A stretch of DNA of 64,000 nt, taken from the NCBI RefSeq assembly GCF_009914755.1, contig NC_060925.1. One strand, written 5' to 3'. Positions 44,907 to 64,000 of this stretch are shown piece by piece (the first letter of the stretch is position 1; every line of letters begins with the position of its first letter). Both the position numbers and the translations under genes were made by a program. The notes beneath the pieces were generated by a model. It saw nothing but the letters and a program-made list of their open reading frames with translations. It was not told the origin of the DNA and made no database searches. The stretch comes from the human T2T-CHM13v2.0 reference genome, Homo sapiens.

Positions 44907-45261
44907 TCCAACGCCGGGACTCGCAGGGAGCCCTCGACCCGCCCAGCTGAGCCTGCCCCAAACTACAGCTCCCGAAGTGCTCGGCGTTCGGAGCGGGCTT
45001 CCGTTCCCAGCGTGCCCAGTGAGCCGGGCGCCGGAAGAACCGTTGTCTGCCACGCGCAGCCCCTTGTGCGGGATCAAGCCCGTGTGGGCGAGGTGGGGTC
45101 GGGCCGGGCAGGGCTTGGGCTGGGCCTCCCTGAGGGGGTGAAACTCGAAAACGAGGATTTCCTTCGTTCCACACCCTCACTCTACGCCCTGCCCCTGGGC
45201 ATTGTCGTCTACTAGTCTATTCTGATGACTCCCACATATCTATCTGTTCAGCTCAGCTCCC

Positions 45262-45282
45262 TCTTTCTTTTCTTCTTCTTTC

Positions 45283-45342
<60 letters not shown>

Positions 45343-45440
45343 TTTCTTTCTTTCTCTTTCCTTCCTTCCTTCCTTCCTTCTTTCTTTCTCTTTCTCTATC
45401 TCTTTCTTTCTTTCTTTCTTTCTCTCCTCTCTCTTTTTTT
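45262..45440 (+). repeat. (CTTT)n/(CCTT)n polypyrimidine tract derived from an Alu tail
   Basis: TTTC repeats adjoining antisense Alus at 45434-45980. Confidence 0.95.
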
Positions 45441-45698
45441 TGAGACGGAGTCTCGCACTCTCGCCCAGGCCGGAGGGCAGTGGTGCCATCTCGGCTCACT
45501 GCAAGCTCCGCCTCCCGGGTTCACGCCGTTCTCCTGCCTCAGCCTCCGGAGTAGCTGGTACTACAGGCGCCCATCACCACGCCCGGCTAATTTTTTTGAA
45601 TTTTTAGTAGAGACGGAGTTTCACCGTATTAGCCAGGATGGTCTCGATCTCCTGACCTTGTGATCCGCCCGCCTCGGCCTTTTTTTTTTTTTTTTTGA

Positions 45699-45806
<108 letters not shown>

Positions 45807-46718
45807 TAGCTGGGATTACAGACATGCACCACAACGCCCGGCTAATTGTTGTATTTTTAGTAGAGACGGGGGTTTCACCATGTTGGCCAGGTTGGTCTCG
45901 AACTCCTGACTTCATGTGATCCGCCAGCCTCGGCCTCCCAAAGTGCTGGGATTACAGGTGTGCGCCACCATGCCCGGCCTCAGCTCCTTCTTTCATTCCA
46001 GACCTGCCCCCCTGGAGATCGCTCCCTGAATGCCCCTCAGACACCACAGGCTCGGCGAGAAATTGATCTCCCCAGCTTTTCCCCAGCTCTGCCCCCATCG
46101 TGTTTCTCATTTCCGTGGACACCCACGCCAGAAACCTGGATCTCATCCTTGCCTTATCGCTCTTCACACCTGCCTTAGGTCTCTTTTTACCTTGTAAGAG
46201 ACCTTAAGAGACCTTTCCAGTTGGTTCAGTTCTCTCAGCCCCAGGTTCAACCTGTCCTGTCTGACACGTCTCACAGCCTTCCTGCCTTCACTCCAGCGCC
46301 CCCTCAATCCATTTCCCACAGTGCAGCCAGACCTGTTTTTGATTGTCAGTCCTATGGGGCTTAAGTCCTGGAACATCCCATTGACCTCCAGGACAAAATT
46401 CAATCTATTTCACTTTCAGGGCACTCAAAACTACTAGTGAGTGGTTCCTCACCTCTTCTCTCAAATACAATCTTTGTATAAATTCATTTATCCTGGAGGT
46501 ATTAGTCCTCTAGCTCCATACCTTACTCAGTTACTGCAGACCCCTCTGCTACCTCCTTCATTCACTATACATCTTGTTTTCCCGAGGATGTGAATCTCCC
46601 TCAAGAAAGATCCCTGGGGCCTGGAGTGGTGTCTTACTCGTTTCTGCTTCCTCAGTCTCTGTCAGATAATCAGTGCTATGTAAATGTTAAGTAAATGACT
46701 TTATTTATTTATTTATGA

Positions 46719-46817
<99 letters not shown>

Positions 46818-47436
46818 TGAATAGCTGGGACTACAGGCATGTTCCATCACATTCGGCTAACTTTTTTTTTTCTTTTTGTAGAGATGAGGTCTCCCTACGT
46901 TGCCCGGGCTGTTCTCAAACTCCTGGGCTCAAGCAATGGTCCCACTCTGTCCTCCCAAAGTGCTGGGATTACAGGCATGAAGCACCACCACACCCAGCCT
47001 ATTTCCTCATTTAAATGCCACTTTATTCCATGAAGAGTTTTAAAGGAGCTGCAAAGCAAGATACTGTCAATCTAAAATGAGAGACAGTTGACTATTTAGA
47101 AGAAAATAAAGTTAGATTTCTATCTCAGGGACTTCATACAAAAATATATTGTACAGGAGGCCAGGCACCGTGGCTCACGCCTGTAATCCTAGAACTTTGC
47201 GAGGCCGAGGTGGGTGGTTCACCTGAGCTCAGGAGTTCGGGATCAGCCTGGGCAACATGGCAAAACCCTGTCTCTAAAATACAAAAAACTAGCCAGGTGT
47301 GGTGGCACATGCCCGTAATCCCAGCTACTTGGGAGGCTGAGGCACGAGAATTGCTTGAATCTGGGAGGCGGAGGTTGCAGTGAGCTGAGATTGTGCTACT
47401 GCACTCAGCCTAGGCAACAGAGTGAGACTCTGTCTC

Positions 47437-47452
<16 letters not shown>

Positions 47453-47504
<52 letters not shown>

Positions 47505-48178
47505 TAGATGTGTGTGTATATTATATATACACATAGATGTGTGTGTATATTATATATACACATAGATGTGTGTGTATATTATATATACACATAGATGTGT
47601 GTGTATATTATATATACACATAGATGTGAGTATATTATATATACACATAGATGTGAGTATATTATATATACACATAGATGTGTGTATATTATATATACAC
47701 ATAGATGTGTGTATATATTATATATATACATAGATGTGTGTGTATATATATACACATAGATGTGTGTGTATATATATACACATAGATGTGTGTGTATATT
47801 ATATATACACATAGATGTGTGTGTATATTATATATACACATAGATGTGTGTGTATATTATATATACACATAGATGTGTGTGTATATTATATATACACATA
47901 GATGTGTGTGTATATTATATATACACATAGATGTGTGTGTATATTATATATACACATAGATGTGTGTGTATATTATATATACACATAGATGTGTGTGTAT
48001 ATTATATATACACATAGATGTGTGTGTATATTATATATACACATAGATGTGTGTGTATATTATATATACACATAGATGTGTGTGTATATTATATATACAC
48101 ATAGATGTGTGTGTATATTATATATACACATAGATGTGTGTGTATATTATATATACACATAGATGTGTGTATATATAT
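47453..48178. repeat. (TA)n(CA)n followed by a 29-bp minisatellite (ACATAGATGTGTGTGTATATTATATATAC), about 23 copies
   Basis: Direct tandem units visible 47503-48178, adjoining the tail of the Alu at 47159-47452. Confidence 0.97.
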
Positions 48179-49031
48179 TGCACAGGGATTAAAGATAGTT
48201 ATTTAGCATTATCTCTCGACAGAAAATGTGCTTACTCAGTAGTACATGGCAGCATTGATTGGATAGTGGAAATTGAAAATCATCTATACGTCCATTACCA
48301 GAGGACTGGTTATATTAACTATGGTATATTCCTGTAATATTTAAAAAATCCATGATCTTTGGTGAAAAAAGCACAGAATAGACCAATTACAGCATGATTC
48401 CTCTTGTTAAAAGAAAAAAGGTAGCATAGTGATTAAGAGCGTGTCTCCTGGAGCCAGAATGCTTGCATTTGAATCCCAGCTCCGCCACATATTTTCTTTG
48501 TGATTAACCTTTCTTTGCCTCAGCTTCCTTATTTATAAAATGGAGATAATGGAACCTATTTAGTAGAGTTTTTAGGAAGATGAAAATAATTTCATAAAAT
48601 ACTTAGAATTGTAGTGGGACAGATTAAATTCTGTATATGTGTTTAGAAAACATATTCATTCATTTGTTCCACAACTATTCATTGAGTGCTCACACACTAG
48701 ACATTGATTTACGGTCATGGAATAAGTACATCAGACAACAAGTCAAGTCAAGTCTTTGCCTCATGGAGCTAACATTCTAAGAGGAGAAACATGCAGTAAA
48801 CAAGTAAAGAAATGTATGCTCTATTCAGGGAGTAGTTTGTGCTATGAGGAAAAGCAAAACAGGTTGAAGAGATAGCTATGTGGTGGGAGTGGGACTATTT
48901 CGTACAGGGCACTGATTGTAGACCTCTGATGAGATAACATTTGACAAGAGATCTGCAGGGAGCTATGTGTCATGGGGGAAGGCATTGGAGGGTTTTGTGC
49001 AGGACAGTGATGTGTGATCAGATTTAGTTTA

Positions 49032-49448
<417 letters not shown>

Positions 49449-49762
49449 CTATTGCAATTATCCAGCAAGAGATCTTGGACCAGGATGGCAGCAGTGGAGG
49501 TGGTAAAATGTGGTTGGATGAAGCGTACGCTTTGAAGGTATCAACAGGACCAGCTGATGGAAGGGAGTCAACAGGACTAGCTGATGGCTGTAAACTGGGG
49601 GGTCACTAGCTATCAGATGGCATTTACTTAAAGCCATGGAAGTAGGTGAGCTCCCTTATGGAGAGGGAATAGGAAGGAGGTAGACCATTCTATCAAAATG
49701 CTCTTTCTACAGGGCACTTCTCACTGAGATATTATTTATCTGGGATTTATATTATTTATTCA

Positions 49763-50535
<773 letters not shown>

Positions 50536-50802
50536 CTACTGTCTCTGGGAATAGAACAAGGAGTTTGGTTGGCGCGATATACCGCCCCTGAACCTCTAGC
50601 CACAATAAGGCTTAATTAATGACCGGACGACTTGAAAGCGCCTTCCACTGTTTATCTCTTAAATCTGCAACGAAATGCAACAAAAACGCAAGAAATAAAC
50701 AATAGAAGCCAGTCTTACTGCACACTGCAGAAGCCAATAAACCCCAAATGTAGCTCAAAACAAGGTGTCACGCAAACTTCTGATTTTTTTTTGTTTTACA
50801 CT

Positions 50803-50984
50803 GAATCTCTGTCACTCTGACTAGAGGGCAGTGGCGCGATCTCGGATCACTACAACCTCCGTCTTCTAGAGTCAAGAGACTCTCCCGCCCCAGGAGTCTC
50901 TGCCACTCTGACTAGAGGGCAGTGGCGCGATCTCGGATCACTACAACCTCCGTCTTCTAGAGTCAAGAGACTCTCCCGCCCCAG
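50803..50984. repeat. 91-bp tandem duplication within a diverged antisense Alu
   Basis: Units 50803-50893 and 50894-50984 are near-identical. Confidence 0.93.
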
Positions 50985-51086
50985 CTTCTCCAATAGGTGG
51001 GATTGCAAACAGGCACCACCACGCCCGAATAAGTTTGTGAACATTTGGTACAAATAACAAATGACCAAGTTCCTTGGTTGTAGTTG

Positions 51087-51101
51087 CCTAACTTTTAATA
51101 C
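51087..51101 (-). terminator. snRNA 3' box (also contains an ATTAAA hexamer)
   Basis: Minus-strand GTATTAAAAGTTAGG, 9 nt past the U5 3' end, fits the GTTTN0-3AAARNNAGA consensus approximately. Confidence 0.75.
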
Positions 51102-51110
51102 TTAAAAATG

Positions 51111-51226
51111 TAGCCTCAGGAAATAAGAGGCCTCAAAAAATTGAATAAAAACTCACAACTTTCTCTCCACGGAAATCTTTAGTAAAAGGCGAAAGATTTA
51201 TGCGCTTTGAAGAGAAACCCGAGTAT
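51111..51226 (-). ncRNA. RNU5E-6P: U5 spliceosomal snRNA variant, full length (116 nt)
   Basis: Minus strand AUACUCGGGUUUCUCUUCAAAGCGCAUAAAUCUUUCGCCUUUUACUAAAGAUUUCCGUGGAGAGAAAGUUGUGAGUUUUUAUUCAAUUUUUUGAGGCCUCUUAUUUCCUGAGGCUA: invariant loop I GCCUUUUAC, Sm site AAUUUUUUG, 3' stem-loop. U5 identity is secure; the symbol is from recollection of the locus. Confidence 0.93.
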
Positions 51227-51265
51227 ATTCGTGACTTCCGCTTCGAACCTCGCAGGGAGAACTAA

Positions 51266-51442
51266 CACTTAACACACTTATGGTTGTTGGATGCCTGCGT
51301 GGTACGCACTCCCTATATGTAGTTTATGCACACAGATGCGTGTAAGAGGCATCATGCTCTAAAACAGTGCAGAAATGCGCGCACAGAGGGAGTGCAAGCA
51401 TCTTGAGGGTATCTTTTCGTGGTGCACCATGGGTATGCAAAT
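51266..51442 (-). promoter_or_regulatory. Pol II snRNA-type promoter: PSE plus DSE (SPH/ZNF143 and octamer)
   Basis: PSE-like CAACCATAAGTGTGTTAAGTG at -60..-40 (51266-51286); octamer ATGCAAAT 51435-51442 (about -210) abutting SPH-like ACCCATGGTGCACCACG (51418-51434, minus strand). Confidence 0.85.
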
Positions 51443-51917
51443 CACAGGCGGCTCCGGGCTGTTCCGCGCCACCGGGGAAGCCATGGGTCACTGATCTCCT
51501 TTGCTCTCCTATGCTCCTCTCTGCTGGTCCTCCTGGGACCCGCACCCCGTGGGCGGCGCCGGGTGCGGAGTCCTTTGCGGAGCTGGTGTTCGTCCCAGGG
51601 GTTAAGGTCCTGTCCCGCCGTCCTTACCCGCAGTAAGCCTCCGGGCTTAGAGAGAGGGACGGGGAAACAGACGGGCACAGACACTCAGGGGCACTGGGAC
51701 CTCACAGGAGGCACGACCCCACCCCTCCTGGAGGAGATGGCATCCGATCCAATTCACCTCGAAGGGTGATATGGGGTCACATCAAGGGGAGGTGAGAAAG
51801 TGTTCTAGGCAGAGGGAATGGCGTATGAGAAATTAGGGACCCGAAGACCAATTCAGCCTGTCCAGACAGTGGCGCTCCGTGTGTCTGATGAGGGGGTGCT
51901 GGGGTGGGAGGCAGAGG

Positions 51918-51933
51918 CTAGATCTCCTCGGGC
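51918..51933 (-). CDS. PTCH2: Coding part of the alternative PTCH2 terminal exon (short isoform ending ...GGGLRPEEI*, 1146 aa)
   Basis: Acceptor CACTAAG...CTCATCTTCATCTTTCCAG|GCCCGAGGAGATCTAG; joins in frame to an internal donor in exon 22 (CTTAG|GTGGGG at 53831/53830). Confidence 0.75.
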
Positions 51934-53643
51934 CTGGAAAGATGAAGATGAGGAGGCTTAGTGAGGCTGGCTAACTTGCCCAGGGTTACTCCGCTGGTAA
52001 GTGGCACTGAGGGCTGACCCCCTTTGCACTATTCTGGCCTGGTGAGCTCTCTCTGCTCCACCTAGAAGGCCCTTCTTGGTGACCCAAACACTGCTGGACC
52101 CAAATGCAGCCTCCCTCCCTTGGGCCTGCTGGTTGCACCCCCTACTCTAGGTTCTCTGCCAACTACCCGCTTCTCTTGAGCTTTTTAGGCATTTTAGCGT
52201 GGATTCAATTGCAATAGGCGTTTTTTGTTGTTGTTGTTTTTGTTGTTGTATCTTTTGGTCAGAACATGATTTCCTGGCCTTTGTCCAGGTGGGGTGGGAT
52301 GTGAGAACGCATTGTTCCTGGGGTGGGATCATTCCTGGTGAGTGGGTGGTTGGAGCCCAGGGTCTATGTGAACTAGACTATGGGTCCTAAGCTATGGCTG
52401 GGAAGGGGCAGTTGCAAACCTCCCCACGCCTCTAGGTGAGGCTCTGTGCTCTATTCCAGGGCTGTGGCCACTCTTCAAGGCCTCTGCTTAGTGGAGCTGT
52501 TCAACTTTCACAGAACAAACAACTTACGTTGTGTCCTCACTAACTGCTAGCACCTCAGTTTCTGAGCAGTTCCCGCAACTGATCCACTGGCTGACTGGCC
52601 AAAGACACCTCTCGGCTGTCAGGACAACCAACTTACAGAGGCCTTTGCCTTGGAGGTTGCTCTGGAACCTGGCTCCTTTCCCTGGGTCCACAAACCTCCT
52701 GAGAAGCTCCCCAGACCCTGTTGACCTCTCTCTGCTTCAACTGGCTGCTTTCCTGATCTGCCTCCACCTCGCCTTCCACCTGCTGCATGGCTTTGCCCCT
52801 CTGCCTTGCCGTTTCCCGTGCGGGTGAAGCAGGTAGGTGGAGGTGAGTCTGGAGAGACGGGCAGGCTGGAATATGGTGGCTCTGAAAGCCACACAGTGGG
52901 GTTCTTTTTTTTCTGCTCTCGGTCTCCAGATTGAACCCAGTAGGATTTCACACCAACAAAATTTGTTATCGTTTTGTATAGTAAGCACTTAATCCAGATG
53001 ATGTTACCAAGTATATGACAAAAATCCAGAATCTGGGGTCTTTTCCACCCAGAACTAGAGAAGCTAATACCTCAGGTCCTGGCACCAGAGAAGCTCCTTC
53101 CAATAGCTAATGTTCACTTGCAAACTCCCCACTCTGTCCAAAAAAAAGCACTGAAGTCATCTGAGATTAGTTCACATAGAATATATTTCATTCTTTAAAA
53201 AATAAAACTTTCATCATAGCTAACATGTATGTATACTACAAAAATAGACATTTTCATATAAATAATGGATGTGGTAGGAGGTGGGCAGGGATATGGAGAG
53301 CCTGCCCAGGAGTCACCAGACGGAAGGGTGCTGGAGGGTCCCTCAGGCTTGGTCAGCTGGGCAGGCAGTGGTGTGGGGTGGGAAGGGGGACAGGGCTGCA
53401 CTGCAGCCCCAAGTGCCAGCTTTCACTCTCAAGTGACACAGATACAGGCTCACACAGGCCTGGATGTGCAAATCGGTGGCTGTTCTGTATGGATATCAGG
53501 GAGGCCCATGACAGCTGGGTCGGGAGAGGGGATGCAGCAGCAGCAGGGCCCTCCAGGGGTCCATCCTGCGTCTAACACCAGACCCAGTGCTTCCCAGTGA
53601 CCCCACACGCCCCACACATGGTCTCTGTGCTTCAGCTGCTCTT

Positions 53644-63587
<9,944 letters not shown>

Positions 63588-64000
63588 CTGCCAGAGCAAA
63601 CAGAGAAAGCTGGGGGGGAAAGGGCCTAGGCGGGTCAGAACTTGGGAAGGGGGCTTCTAACTCTGAGGCCTCCCCAGACAAGTGGGAGAGGTGCGGCAGA
63701 GAGGAGTCCCTGCCTTATCCCTGAGGGCCTGGTCATGGCCCAGGCCGACTCCCCAGGCTTCTGGGTCCTGGAGCTCTGCCAGGGAAGTGGAGAAGCCTCG
63801 GTTGTGTGGCTCTGCGGATTTCTTGTGTGGTCTAGGGCTTAAGCATGAACCAGGTTGGCTGGGTTTTGGGTGTAAACTTAAAAATGACAATCAGCATGAG
63901 CTGGCCGTGGGCTGTGGGGGTTGTAGGGGCATCTTGGTAAGGGAACCCTCGCTCAGTCCCTCTCTGTTCTGGTGGGGAGGACAAGGAGGGCCAATAGGGG

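Noticed and set aside
47503-48178. CRISPR-like regular repeat
   Set aside because: Head-to-tail units without unique spacers, in a eukaryotic context; it is a minisatellite.
53195-53210. AATAAA near the end of PTCH2 exon 22
   Set aside because: It is on the plus strand, the wrong orientation for PTCH2; the long isoform's poly(A) signal could not be assigned confidently.

Overview
Human (primate) genomic DNA, Alu-dense and gene-rich. The gene order matches 1p34.1. Protein-coding genes, all reconstructed exon by exon from GT-AG boundaries: RPS8 (+, 208 aa, hosting SNORD55, SNORD46, SNORD38A and SNORD38B), BEST4 (-, 473 aa), PLK3 (+, 646 aa), DYNLT4/TCTEX1D4 (-, 221 aa, 3' end overlapping PLK3), BTBD19 (+, 291 aa) and exons 3-22 of PTCH2 (-), plus an alternative PTCH2 terminal exon. 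An RPS15A retrocopy with an open reading frame sits inside an Alu. The most notable element is invisible in the ORF track: a full-length U5 snRNA variant (51111-51226, -) with intact loop I, Sm site, PSE, octamer+SPH distal element and 3' box. It lies in the predicted 3' UTR of the short PTCH2 isoform, and its 3' box contains the likely PTCH2 poly(A) hexamer. Also present: a U3 snoRNA-L1 chimeric retrocopy, PLK3 AU-rich elements that read as AATAAA for DYNLT4, a templated Alu-to-Alu insertion, a 1.8-kb AT tract and a quasi-palindromic 29-bp minisatellite. Most short ORFs in the track are Alu or low-complexity artefacts.
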